The notes under the pieces were generated by a model. That model did no database searches, had not been told where the DNA came from, and saw only the letters and a list, made by a program, of their open reading frames with translations. From Eledone cirrhosa (Eukaryota), in contig OZ024743.1 of assembly GCA_964016885.1 (NCBI GenBank), positions 246,202,001 through 246,266,000 of the forward strand: a stretch of DNA of 64,000 nucleotides. Direction: 5' to 3'. Positions 35,384 to 48,689 of this stretch are shown piece after piece. Each line of letters begins with the position of its first letter. Within the stretch, counting starts at the first letter, position 1. The position numbers were made by a program, and so were the translations under genes.

Positions 35384-36784
35384 GAATAATCGATGCGAAG
35401 AGCTGTCGGAATATGGGTTTATAGTAATGTGAGGTGCACAAACCACCCTTTTCCATCTCCATGGTATTTTACACGAATTTCTATGCTATAATTATTTATA
35501 GCAACCGGCAGTTTTTCTGCCTTTTGAGTTCCTCATATTTCTATAAACCCATATATTTCTGCGCGTGTGTGTGTACGTGTGTACGTGTGTAACCACTAGT
35601 TCAACAAGATTTAAAACTTAGATATGTAATTGATAAACAGATATGCAAATGACATATGACAAATTTTAATCACCAATACTTACAAAAAAGTAGAACTGAA
35701 TACAGTTAACGAGATTAAAAAAATAACAACTAAGGATTGAAAATAACATCTCAATGGGATGTGATTGGCTGAATGAAACCTCTCATACTGAAATCAACAG
35801 ACTTCTCTTTTTAAAGATAATAAACCAAATTGCAAAACGGAAACTATCTTTTCGCTAAATTAACCACCTTAAAACGGACATCGGGAAAATTAACCATAAC
35901 ATATTCGATTAAATAATCCCACTCAGGACGGACTGGGCATTCGAATATTTGAGCATTGCCCAGTCATACGATCGTGTCAAAAAAAAAAAAGAAAAAAAAA
36001 AGAGATCAGCTGAAAAGTTTTCACGAAAAACTTAAGTCATAGCCGCTGCCCAAAGTCTGAAACGGAGCGCGCCATGGCTGAGAAGTGAAAACACACCTCT
36101 GGTCCTCAGCAGTCAGTTTGTCTGTTTGTCAGTGTCACCATAGCTGAACAGTAAAAACACCTCTCTGACCAGTAGCAGTGTTGCTTTAGATAAAAACACT
36201 CTTCTACTCCTCAGGAATCATCAGTTTGTTGATGTATGTCACCATAGGTGAGGAATGGAAAAACGCACCTGGTCTTCAGTGTCACCCGGATGCCCGGAAT
36301 GGTTTTAAGACCTAGGCCTCTTCTGATCCTACATCTTAAGCAGGTATCAATTCTCACACTTTAAAATAACTCTAATACAATTGAATGGATTTTATCGATA
36401 ACCTGGATTAACACTACTCCCTGCTCCTTGGGTGTCCCTAACAGAGTTCCTTGTAATGGGGTTATGTATGTATATGCATTTATGTATGTATATGCATGTA
36501 TGTGTGTGTATGCAAATGCATTTATGCATGTATGTATGTATATGCATGCATTTATGTATGTATGTTTAACGAAGGGTATTTTAGTTGTTAGATGAATGAT
36601 TATAACAGAGTTGTTAGATGTAATAACAGTTGTTATTAGATGAAATAACAAGAATGGCCGATTTACTTTATATATAAAGGTTTACTTCACTTGAGTCAAA
36701 AAGAACAATAAACATATTACCACGAGTTGCGAAGGTTGACGATGTTATTTTTGTTGTTGGTTCATGAGGCTGTTGTAGTCGGAA

Positions 36785-36977
<193 letters not shown>

Positions 36978-37049
36978 GACAGGTAGTAATGGTCTGTAGA
37001 CCTCTGAATGGTCTGTAGTTGACAATAGACCACTGTGGCCTGAAGGTAG

Positions 37050-39198
37050 CAGTGAATCTTTCACATAGCTTGTAATAGCGTACTGCTCCGATCTCTCTGT
37101 ATGTCTGTAGACCACTGGGGCCTGTAGATAGCGGTGAATCTTTCACATAGCTTGTAATAGCGTACTGCTCCGATCTCTCTGTATGTCTGTAGACCACTGG
37201 GGCCTGTAGATAGCGGTGAATCTTTCACATAGCTTGTAATAGCGTACTGCTCCGATCTCTCTGTATGTCTGTAGACCACTGGGGCCTGTAGATAGCGGTG
37301 AATCTTTCACATAGCTTGTAATAGCGTACTGCTCCGATCTCTCTGTATGTCTGTAGACCTCTGGGGCCTGTAGATAGCGGTGAATCTTTCACATAGCTTG
37401 TAATAGCGTACTGCTCCGATCTCTCTGTATGTCTGTAGACCACTGGGGCCTGTAGATAGCGGTGAATCTTTCACATAGCTTGTAATAGCGTACTGCTCCG
37501 ATCTCTCTGTATGTCTGTAGACCACTGGGGCCTGTAGATAGCGGTGAATCTTTCACATAGCTTGTAATAGCATACTGCTCCGATCTCTCTGTATGTCTGT
37601 AGACCACTGGGGCCTGTAGATAGCGGTGAATCTTTCACATAGCTTGTAATAGCGTACTGCTCCGATCTCTCTGTATGTCTGTAGACCTCTGGGGCCTGTA
37701 GATAGCGGTGAATATTTCACATAGCTTGTAATAGCGTACTGCTCCGATCTCTCTGTATGTCTGTAGACCACTGGGGCCTGTAGATAGCGGTGAATCTTTC
37801 ACATAGCTTGTAATAGCGTACTGCTCCGATCTCTCTGTATGTCTGTAGACCACTGGGGCCTGTAGATAGCGGTGAATCTTTCACATAGCTTGTAATAGCG
37901 TACTGCTCCGATCTCTCTGTATGTCTGTAGACCACTGGGGCCTGTAGATAGCGGTGAATCTTTCACATAGCTTGTAATAGCGTACTGCTCCGATCTCTCT
38001 GTATGTCTGTAGACCACTGGGGCCTGTAGATAGCGGTGAATCTTTCACATAGCTTGTAATAGCGTACTGCTCCGATCTCTCTGTATGTCTGTAGACCACT
38101 GGGGCCTGTAGATAGCGGTGAATCTTTCACATAGCTTGTAATAGCGTACTGCTCCAATCTCTCTGTATGTCTGTAGACCACTGGGGCCTGTAGATAGCGG
38201 TGAATCTTTCACATAGCTTGTAATAGCGTACTGCTCCGATCTCTCTGTATGTCTGTAGACCACTGGGGCCTGTAGATAGCGGTGAATCTTTCACATAGCT
38301 TGTAATAGCGTACTGCTCCGATCTCTCTGTATGTCTGTAGACCACTGGGGCCTGTAGATAGCGGTGAATCTTTCACATAGCTTGTAATAGCGTACTGCTC
38401 CGATCTCTCTGTATGTCTGTAGACCACTGGGGCCTGTAGATAGCGGTGAATCTTTCACATAGCTTGTAATAGCGTACTGCTCCGATCTCTCTGTATGTCT
38501 GTAGACCTCTGGGGCCTGTAGATAGCGGTGAATATTTCACATAGCTTGTAATAGCGTACTGCTCCGATCTCTCTGTATGTCTGTAGACCTCTGGGGCCTG
38601 TAGATAGCGGTGAATCTTTCACATAGCTTGTAATAGCGTACTGCTCCGATCTCTCTGTATGTCTGTAGACCACTGGGGCCTGTAGATAGCGGTGAATCTT
38701 TCACATAGCTTGTAATAGCGTACTGCTCCGATCTCTCTGTATGTCTGTAGACCTCTGGGGCCTGTAGATAGCGGTGAATCTTTCACATAGCTTGTAATAG
38801 CGTACTGCTCCGATCTCTCTGTATGTCTGTAGACCACTGTGGCCTGTAGATAGCGGTGAATCTTTCACATAGCTTGTAATAGCGTACTGCTCCGATCTCT
38901 CTGTATGTCTGTAGACCTCTGGGGCCTGTAGATAGCGGTGAATCTTTCACATAGCTTGTAATAGCGTACTGCTCCGATCTCTCTGTATGTCTGTAGACCA
39001 CTGTGGCCAGTAGATAGCGGTGAATCTTTCACATAGCTTGTAATAGCGTACTGCTCCGATCTCTCTGTATGTCTGTAGACCTCTGGGGCCTGTAGATAGC
39101 GGTGAATCTTTCACATAGCTTGTAATAGCGTACTGCTCCGATCTCTCTGTATGTCTGTAGACCACTGGGGCCTGTAGATAGCGGTGAATCTTTCACAT
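37050..39198. repeat. 82-bp tandem satellite, ~26 near-identical copies
   Basis: Unit CTTTCACATAGCTTGTAATAGCGTACTGCTCCGATCTCTCTGTATGTCTGTAGACCACTGGGGCCTGTAGATAGCGGTGAAT. Degenerate units at both edges. Confidence 0.98.
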
Positions 39199-40494
39199 GC
39201 CTGGTCTGTATCGTGGTGTTCCGATCTCTTTGTGTCTAAGGTGGGAATATATAGGCTTTATATACCTGTCGCTTTCTGTCTCCCACCTTGAGGGGATAGC
39301 CCACGCATGAACCTGTTCACACCAAAAGGGTGGTGACCTAGAGTTTGACCTTTAGGTGTCATCCAAGGTTCAAGGCGTGGACAGATTTCGCTACAGATAT
39401 GTATGTATCTATCTATGTGTGTATATATGGGTATATGAATATATGTGTACGTATGTGTGTATATATGGGTATATATATATATGTACGTATATGTGTATAT
39501 ATGGGTATATGTATATATGTACGTATGTGTGTATGTATATATGTATGTACATATGTGTGTGTGTGTATATGTGCATGTTTGTATGTATGAATGAATGTAT
39601 GTATGTCAGGTCATTCTGGGAGCGTTAGCGGTAACATGTGATCCAGTACGACCTGGTACATTGTCGGGCCGTCGGCTGTTAAACCGACACTCACACTCGG
39701 CTAGTTTAGTGTTGATCATGATGATGATGATGATGTTAAACTTCACTCGGTTCCGCTCTGTGTGAGGCACCCTTTGTTGTTTTCAATTATGAAATAAAGT
39801 GTTTTACTTAAGGGCACAATACTCCGACAAGAATCGAAATCACGACCTTACGATCATGGGCTGAACACCCCCAACCACTAAGCCGCGCACCTTCAAGGCT
39901 CCCTTTAGATTTCACTAAAGCATGTCTATATGTTTACTATTCTGATATTACTAGGCCAGATATCTTGCTTCGGCTTGTCTTTGAGCTCTTTAGCTTTGAT
40001 AATGGGGCTCGTTGCGGTGTTGTGCAAGCTGTTCTCCACTTAAATTTCACACGGGTATTGTATGTAGTATCTCAAGTTGTAGAGATTGTATGTCGTATAT
40101 CTCACAGCTGGCAATGATGTCACTAATGTCTTCAGTTTGAGTTTTATAAAACCTTTGCTGTTGTTACCTGCGAATTGGTACATTGGTTTAGCAGATGTAT
40201 CAGTGTTTATCTTTTTTATGAAGGGGTCAGATTGGCAAAGTCATTAGGATTGAATGCCTTGGTATTTGTTCCATCTCACTGTGGTTCTAAGTTCAAATCT
40301 TGCCGAGGTCCCCAACTTTGCCTTTCATACTTTCAGAATCGATAAATTATCAGACAAGGGATGAGGTGGGGTCATTTTTGTGGAATTGTTCAAAAGTCGG
40401 ACATGATGCTTTGCAATATCTGATCTGGCTCTGTGCGTTCAGAATTCAACTCTTGCTTCCTTCTGTCGGGTATTACGACCGACAGAAGTGGTGA

Positions 40495-40815
40495 CTGAAA
40501 ATTTCACAACGATCTGTCCACTAGTAAAGATACGCTAAACATTTGAATTAATAATTTACTGCAAATTTTCTCAAAATTCAGTCTACTTGTAAATATACTA
40601 TAAACATTTTAATTAACCTTTTACTGTAAATTGTCACAACAATCTGTCTACTAGTAAAGATACAATAAATATTTGAATTAACATTTTACTGTAAATTGTC
40701 ACAACAATCTGTCTACTAGTAAATATAGTGTAGATATTTGAATTAACATTTTACTGTAAATTGCCGCAACAATCTGTCCACTAGTAAAGATACTATAAAC
40801 ATTTAAGTTAACATA
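40495..40815. repeat. ~63-bp degenerate minisatellite, ~5 copies
   Basis: Repeated caacaatctgtctactagtaaa.ata...atttgaattaacattttactgtaaattgtca. Confidence 0.85.
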
Positions 40816-40894
40816 TCCCGTTTTTTTAAGATGTTCTCTACTAAATCATTACAGGAGGTTGAAGATTAAAATTAACTGGCAAGATTGTGGCAAA

Positions 40895-41478
40895 TCTGTA
40901 CTGGGTATGTTATAGAATTATGAGATGCAGTACCGGGTATATTATATAAAACTATGAGATCTAATGCTAGATATGTTAGAGAGTTATGGAATGTAATACG
41001 GTGTATGCTAGCGATATATGTGATATAGTACTGGGTATGTTACAAATGTATATTATGTAACGGTGTATATGTTATAGTTATAAAGTTATGAGGTGTACTA
41101 GTGTGTATGGTAGAGTTATAAAGTGTAGCAGTGTATATGTTATAACTATGAGGTGTAGCAGTGCATGTTATAGTTTAACGTGCAGTAGCGTGTGTGTTAT
41201 AGTTATGAGGTGTAGTAGTGTGTATCTTATAGTTATGAGGTGTAGTAGTGTGTGTGTGTTATAGATATGAGGTGTAATAGTGTATATGTTATAGTTATGA
41301 GGTGTAGTAGTGTGTATCTTATAGTTATGAGGTGTAGTAGTGTGTGTGTGTTATAGATATGAGGTGTAGTAGTGTATATGTTATAGTTATGAGGTGTAGT
41401 AGTGTTTATGTTATAGTTATGAGGTGTAGTAGTGTATATGTTATAGTTATGAGGTGTAGTTGTGTGTTTGTTATAGTA
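40895..41478. repeat. ~30-bp minisatellite (GTTATAGTTATGAGGTGTAGTAGTGTATAT), increasingly degenerate toward the left
   Basis: Seen directly. Confidence 0.85.
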
Positions 41479-41839
41479 TATCTTTCAAATGTATGTGATG
41501 TAATATTGGATATTTCCTAAAGATATTTAGATGTAATGCCAGCTGTTTTCTCTGTTAACTGACCTTTACTAATACAAAAACCATTACGAGTGATTAAAGG
41601 TAAATTATCGAATTATCTGCTATAATGCAGATTGTGGGTTCAAATACACTTCAGATATTTCATTGTTTCTGTTAGCGAGGCCTATTGTTGATTCAGGTTA
41701 TAGATATAGAGAAGCAGTAGATTATTTCTGTTAACGTGGCTCTTGGTTCTATTGTTGACTCAGTTAACATATACAGGGGAGTGTTACATGGGATAGACGG
41801 GCGCCGATCGAGGTTTTGTTTAATATTTTAAGGCTATAC

Positions 41840-42130
41840 AAACCAACATTAGCCCGACTTAAGAAAGTATGCTGGACTTTCGGCAGTTCCGACGACGTGT
41901 CCCAGTTGATGCGATCAAGGATACAGTCTACTCGTGAAATTAACGTGCCAGTGGCTGAGAATTCCATAGACACGTGTACCCTTAACATAGTTCTCAGGAA
42001 GATTCAGTGTAACAATGTGTGACAAGACTCACTTTTTGAATCACAGGCACAACTCGTTTTTACAGCTGAGTGGACTGGAACAACGTGAAATAAAGTGTTT
42101 AGTTAAAGGCTACAACGCGCCGCCAGGACT
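41840..42130 (-). mobile_element. SINE family A
   Basis: cagctgagtggactggaacaacgtgaaataaagtg and cgtgaaattaacgtgc motifs. Confidence 0.75.
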
Positions 42131-42429
42131 TCAGAAAGTATTTACTTAAAATGATCAAACACTCCTTTCAGATAATATTTCTACCATTGTAAAGTCACCA
42201 AGCAAACGTGATCACTCGACATGCTTGAAAAAACAGTCAAATCTTTATGTGCAAGGCAGACTAGGGGTTAGATCAAGAGAACCAGTTGGAATGGAATTAT
42301 GATTTTGAGGGAACCGACTCGCCTCAAGGTCTAGTTCTTTTAGTCTATGGTTACATAATGTACACTACATGTACATATACATATATATATATAATCATTA
42401 TACATTCATTGATCATATGCATTTAGCAC

Positions 42430-43616
42430 TTCTTTTTCTTCTTCGTCGCCCATTTATTCCTGGGAGTGCCGTGAGGGCAGAGTCATCAAATACATCTTAT
42501 AGCGGGGCGTTTCAGAAGCAACTGTCTCCAAATGATCCGGCTGGATCCCCAAGCGAGACCAGCCGAACTTATAGATGTTATTCAGCCATCTTGCTCGGGG
42601 TCTACCGCTGGTTCTTCTGCCAATTGATTTTGCCGGTAAAATCTATTTAGCGAATCTTTCCCGAGACATTCTGATCATATGACCGTGGTATCAGAGTTGT
42701 GATCTCTCAGTTCGATAAAAAAAAAAAAAGGCTCTGCCGATGCGATTCTCTGAACTACGCACTCTATCGAATAACGTTACCCCAAAGACCCTTCGAAGGA
42801 AACCGTGTCTGGCAAAGAGATGTAGGGATATTATCGAACCCAAGCTAGCTGGCGAACAGTGTGGTTTTCGCCTTAGATGCAGTACAGCCGACCAAATGTT
42901 CATACTGCCACAGATCTTTGAGAAATCGTGGGAGTATTGCCAAGAAGTACATGCTTGTTTCGTAGAACTGCGTTCCATTGAACCTGTTGCAGAAGGTTCT
43001 GCAAGAGTAAAGAATCGATGGACAGCTTCGTGTTGCCCTGATGTCTCTATACGAATGCCCTAGTATTTGTGTTCGGATAAGTGGTGCTATGTTGAAACTA
43101 TTCAATGGGTAAGACTCCACCAAGGGTGCGTAATGTCACCTCTCTTGTTCATAATCTTCATGAACAGGATTGACATTCTCAGCCGGGTTGTAAGTGATAG
43201 CAAGACTTGCAGGTGTAGGATCAGTCGGTTGGCATTTGCAGACCACGTGCTATTACTTAACTCGTCAGAAGGTGATCTCCGACATGCACTTGATCGGCTT
43301 GCTGCCAAGTGCTGCAAGGCAGCCTGCGCAGTGCACTCTACATGTGAGTGGAGTTCCACTGAAGCAGGTGGAGAAGTTGAAGTATGTCGTGGTCGTGTTC
43401 ACGAATGATGAAAGACAGAAGGCTGAATTAAGTGCAAGAATTGCAGGAGCTGGTGCAGTAATGCGCCAGTTTCAACATTCGGTCATCAGAAGAAGGAAGT
43501 TAAGTGTAAAAGCTAAATTTGTTATCTCCAATTCGGTATTCGTGCCAACCATTACCTATGGTCATGAATCTTGGATAACTACTGAAAGAATACGATCGCC
43601 AATACAAGCGGCCTAA
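42430..43616 (-). mobile_element. RTE-clade LINE fragment with inverted 5' segment and 13-bp TSD
   Basis: Minus strand ~42430-42805 is the ORF end (FLRRVFGVTL..YHGHMIRM..GRPRARW) plus a (GAA)n-like tail. Plus strand ~42805-43616 is the RT core (EQCGFR..STADQ, HQGCVMSPLLF, AFADH, YGHESW..QAA). TSD ATGCATTTA(G/A)CAC at 42417-42429 and 43617-43629. Confidence 0.88.
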
Positions 43617-44965
43617 ATGCATTTAACACAAATTACTAAAATACTTAATGAGCAGTTTGAAATGGGACGTACATTTTACACCCAGCCTAGGCATATATCA
43701 GTTTTGGGGGCTTACATTTTACATGGACCTATCACCAGATTTTTTTGGAGGGTGTGTGTGTGTGGGGGGGGGGGGGGTCGTCACCTGAAATTATCAATTT
43801 TGCTAGGATCTGTCCACATCATTCTCCGATTGCTATGAGAACATCGAGCTAACTAGTCGCTCGAACTGGTCGAAATAGCCGTGAAATTTCCACCACGTCA
43901 CTCCCAAATATATATATTCTCTGATTTTTAACTTTAGCACAAAACCACTCATTTTTATCGACCTCGGCGGAATTTGAACTCAGAGCGTAGAGAGGCAGAA
44001 CAAATACCGCTAAGTATTTCTCCAACGCTGTAACAACTCTGCCAATCCAACACCTTGAATGCATGAGAATGTAGTCATAGATATATTGACTGAAAAACGG
44101 GCGTGATGGTACCAGTTGGAGCGCCTTTACCCTTTCGTTAACACTGTCTATAATTTTCAAATCATTTTGAAAATCAAGAATTTGGAGGGATTTATTAACC
44201 TTTTCATTATTAAGTTAGTATTTGGAACAAACATTCTTATATAAAATGGTGCTGGAAGATAATTATAAACACTTTAAAACGATCAGTTTTGTATCTTAGA
44301 ATTGGGGCGGCTTCAATGAGTTTGATAGTAAAAAGGGTTAATCATGTATATGTCAGGACTGACATGGAGCTAAACAATGACGGCTCTGAGAATTAATGTT
44401 CTTTACCGTCTCTCTGGCTAGACTTCCCCGCACAGTTCTCAGTTCTATATCTCTAATGTCAGTAAAAGACCACAGCCATCAGATCTATGCCTGCTATGCC
44501 TGTCGTCTGCCAGCTTTGATAAACGACACTGAATTAACATAGATTAAATGAAATATACAAGCAATATATAGTAGTAAAAAAAGAACACACACACACAAAG
44601 AATACAACCGGAGAATAATTAGTTGTAATTCACTAAAATTGTCAGTTAATTAGGCTTTGGTCGACTCATCTGCTTTGAAACAGAGGAGAATTTATCAACA
44701 ACGTTCAATTGGTTAAGAAAGAAAAATAACACAAAAACATCAAATTCTTCCGGCTTCGACTTGAACCAAAAGTTAAAATGCTTTTATTTGGTAATATAGT
44801 GTTCTTTCTGAAAGAACTGGTTTGGGGGAGGAAGAAATAAATCATTGAAATATGGGCTATTTTCTGTGAACCGAACATCCCTGTTGAACTGGATAACAGG
44901 GCAATTAAACACCAACACAATTGTATATATAATTACGTAGAGAAATAGGATGGGCCCAAACTATG

Positions 44966-44997
<32 letters not shown>

Positions 44998-45190
44998 GCA
45001 ATACAGATATATATATAATGATAGGAGGAGCGTATAATAAATATTTATAAATCCCTTTTGGTCTTCAAGGAATTACATTATTGAAGAAACATTAAGACTT
45101 GTATGTACAAACTAACTTTTGTTTTAAGTTATCGCGCCTTTTCATATATCATTGTTGTTGTTATTGTCACTACTGCTATCTGTGGTTTAG

Positions 45191-45492
45191 GTCACTCCGA
45201 CAGCCAACTTCTAGTAGTAGTAGTGAACAATATCAGCAACAGGTGAGTGAGAGATTTAAAAAAACAAACAAAACATCAATTAGCGAGAAAAGTTTTCCAA
45301 GACGTCATTGTTTTGTGGTGCTGGGTAGGTAAATCAACTGCCGTATTATCCATGGCTCTTCTAGAAAGGGACTTACTTAAATGATAATTCTTCTCCCAAA
45401 TGTTGCCATCCAGCTGGTGCGAGTCAACCGACTGTGTACAAGCGATATTACTGTAACAGCTTGCTTGACTTACTCTGCTAGTTTATCAACAG
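45191..45492 (+). other. Candidate 5' UTR exons of the ESRP gene (45191-45242 and ~45365-45492)
   Basis: Non-repetitive sequence with TTTAG|..CAG|GTGAGT (donor after 45242) and CTAG|..CAG|GTAAGC (donor after 45492), just upstream of the ATG exon. Confidence 0.4.
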
Positions 45493-45727
45493 GTAAGCAA
45501 GCACATACATGCGCGCAAGCGCGAAACACATACCAAGATATCCAGTCAATGCCACGTTAGATGAATTCATCCAATCAGGTAGGGGCTTATTCAAAAGAAG
45601 TGGTTGACGAGAGGTAATGTGGCACTTTTAAAGTAAAACACCTTTAGAGCACAGCACCAATAGTTCAGACTGGCTTAACTTATTTTTGTCTCCACGTTTT
45701 TCCCCCCCCAGTTCAACTCCGTTAAGG

Positions 45728-45853
45728 ATGGCTAGCTCACATATTTTAGCTTTATTTTGTGCCACTACTGGGAAAAATTGTGAAGAGCTTGGTGTTGACG
45801 AGGAACAAATTGTCCTTCTGGTCTACTTACTATACGATGTCACAAACAATAAG
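45728..45853 (+). CDS. ESRP1: ESRP1/2 (fusilli)-like epithelial splicing regulator, first coding exon (exon starts 45712)
   Basis: MASSHILALFCATTGKNCEELGVDEEQIVLLVYLLYDVTNNK (42 codons) aligns by eye to the recalled human ESRP1 N-terminus ([38 protein letters not shown]). Polypyrimidine-CAG acceptor ends at 45711; donor AAG|GTAAAG. Confidence 0.88.
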
Positions 45854-46414
45854 GTAAAGTAGACGACAACAAACTTCTCTAAACTACCCGCCCTCTTATT
45901 CTGTCCAACATCTCGGTTTTGATTTCTTAAAATCAATGTTGTTTTCAGTTTTTCACTCTATTAAAAAAACTTTTATTAAAAAATACATACTCATATGTTT
46001 TTTTTTTTTTTTTTTTGTATAATTATAGACATTTTTCTTTATTATCTTATCCTTTTTTTTTTTTTTTTGTTAAATATTAAAAACTATCTTCGATATGTTT
46101 ACATATGTTTTATATAAAAATGTTATATGTATACATATGTGATAAATAAAATCTTTAAAAAATAACTCGTATTTTTTAAAAATGTATATATATATATTAG
46201 AAAATCTATTTATATATATATATATATATGTGTGTGTGTAGTTTAAGACCTAACTTATAAATACATATTTTTTAAAAATCTGACTTGCATATATTTTTTA
46301 AACATATACTTTTTTTTTAAATGCCATAGACATTTTTAATAGATCTGACTTCTTAACCCTACATAGATATTTTAATTTAAATCTTATTCAATCCTATATT
46401 ACATACTTCTACAG

Positions 46415-46558
46415 GTCGTTGCGCTACAGCAACATTTCGTGAAACCACAGCCAAATGAAATTTCGGAAACTTTACTAACTGAAGATTGTAAAATAGAAAC
46501 AGGTCTTGAAGAAGAGGTGATTAAAAACTCACAACCACTTGAACATGTTCTTGACGAG
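46415..46558 (+). CDS. ESRP1: ESRP1/2 (fusilli)-like, second coding exon (DnaQ-like N-terminal domain)
   Basis: VVALQQHFVKPQPNEISETLLTEDCKIETGLEEEVIKNSQPLEHVLDE (48 codons, phase 0/0) matches recalled ESRP1 VGQLHEVLVRP..LTEDCKEET..LDQAL. Splice sites TTCTACAG| and |GTTAGC. Confidence 0.88.
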
Positions 46559-47427
46559 GTTAGCACCATTCATATTTCTCACCTTTAGAAACTTTCTTCG
46601 TGTTTCTTAAACTTTTAAAATACTTTTTTTTTCTAATTTATTTTTTCTAACTCCCCACATTCCAAATGTACCTTTCCATGTTTTGTATATTTCACAACTA
46701 ACGAGAGTAAGAATTGATCTTGTGATTAGGAGGTCTTCATTACATTTCAATCTGCTTCCCTAAATATCTTTGTAATTCTATTTAGATAACGATTCGTCTA
46801 ATTATCAGATCTCTTGGTATTCCATCTGCTTTAAAACTGTTTGAAACTACCCCTGGTTCTATATTTTGAAGTGTTTATATTATCTAAAACCATAATTTAT
46901 ATTATCTTCCATCGGAATTTTATAAAAGAACCTTTATGTTCTAAACACCAGCTTAATAGCGAAATGGTTTGATTATTAAATCTTGTCAAATCTTTATTTT
47001 CAAAGTTAATTGAAAATCATTGACAGTCTTTCATACAAATATAGTAATACCAACCCAATAATGAAAGCTAGTTTATATTACTACATCCCCTTCAAATTCT
47101 TGAAGATTTTCAAAATTAGTTAATAATCATAGGCAGTGTCTTTCATTAGAAATACTGTAAAGAGTTAACAGTTCCCTGTCAGTTGTTACCGGGGAAATGA
47201 CAACTCTGTTTTACAAGGCAAACTATTGTCTGAAATACAGTGTCTATTAACATGAGAACTGAGAACCCACTATTTCCTCGATCCCCAATTATATTCAGGC
47301 AACAACAGATAATTTCATAAGGCTTGTTTTCTTATAGTTTTTATTTTATTTTTTATCACTGTATCGGGTTTACCTAATTTCCTGTATCAGCCAACACTTA
47401 TCTCCGCTTCGCGCGCGTGTGTGTGCT

Positions 47428-47655
47428 CGTGAAATTAACGTGGAAGATGTTGAGCACTCCATTAACATGCGTAGTTCTCGGAGAAATTCGGTGTGACAAT
47501 GCTGACCCTTTGAATTACAAGTACAATTCATTTTTGCCAGCTGAGTGGACTAGAACAACGTGAAATGTGTCTTGCTTAAGGACACAACTCGCTGCCAAGA
47601 ATCAAACTTATGATTGTGAACCAAACATCCTAACCACTAAGTCACGCACCTTCGC
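47428..47655 (-). mobile_element. SINE family A (in ESRP intron)
   Basis: gccagctgagtggactagaacaacgtgaaatgtgtcttgcttaaggacacaac...taaccactaagtcacgcacct. Confidence 0.75.
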
Positions 47656-48689
47656 ATAGTTTCTTGCAAAGTAAACTATACAAACTTATTGATTTCTGCT
47701 ACGAAAGTTATTTTTAAAAATAGTTTAACTTAAACTTTGCTTACTGATTCGTGTGTGTGTGTTAGAGCATATTTATGTATGCGTGTACATACTCGTCTGT
47801 ATGTGTTAAAGCGTACTTATGTATGTGTGTATGCCAGCACATGTGTGTGTGCATGTTCGTCTGTGTTAAAGCGTACTTATGTATGCGTGTATGTATGTCT
47901 GTATTCGTATGTGTGTGTATGTTGGTGTGTCCGTGTTTATATAACCATGTTTGCATTCGTATGTGTGTTGGTGCGTACGTGTTTGTGTGCATGAATGTGT
48001 GTACAGCTGCTTGTGAGTGTATTTACGCCTACGTGTTTATGTATGTGTGTACGTCCGTATGTGTGTTGATACGTATGTTTATGTGTGTATATACGCCTGC
48101 ATGTCTCTGTATTCGTATGTGTGCGTAAGCTAGTGCGTACATGTTTGTGTGTATATATTTATGTGTGTGTATGTATGTATGTATGTATATGTATGTAAAT
48201 CTTTACGCGCGCACGCCTGTTTGTGAGTGTCACTACGTACGTTCATATATATATTCATATCAACCACTGTTAGCAAGTTATTTCGTGTTGAAGTGAAACA
48301 GAAATCAGCTGGCCAATCATGCCAGTTACATGGTTTAGACGTATCGAAACAATCTTTTGTAAACAAGGGTTTACAAAAATATTATGGGCGGTACAAGATA
48401 ATACTGTGCGGGTTTGCATGGTAACGTGTATAACTGAGGAATAACAAAATCAAAAGTGGTAACAAAATTCAAAACTAAGAAAACTCCCTGTAAGAGAGAA
48501 CTACCTGTGAAAAAGAACCACATTCACTCTAGGCTAGAGTCTCTAACCATTAAGCCTTCTCTCAGTTGTCCTCTTCCTATCTACGGGCTCGTTCACTCGG
48601 ACCATGCTTGTCACCCACTTTCAACAAATATGGGGGATGGATATCGCTTTCCTCTTCACTCTCAATTCAGTTTTTTAAGTGAAACTTGA

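Noticed and set aside
35923-36326. Second hAT MITE starting CAGGACGGACTGGGC
   Set aside because: The right TIR is poorly matched and no TSD was identified.
37050-39198. 82-bp array as a CRISPR array or as repeated 72-aa genes
   Set aside because: There are no unique spacers or cas genes and the context is eukaryotic. The unit length is not a multiple of 3, so the ORFs are by-products. No hammerhead core was found on either strand.
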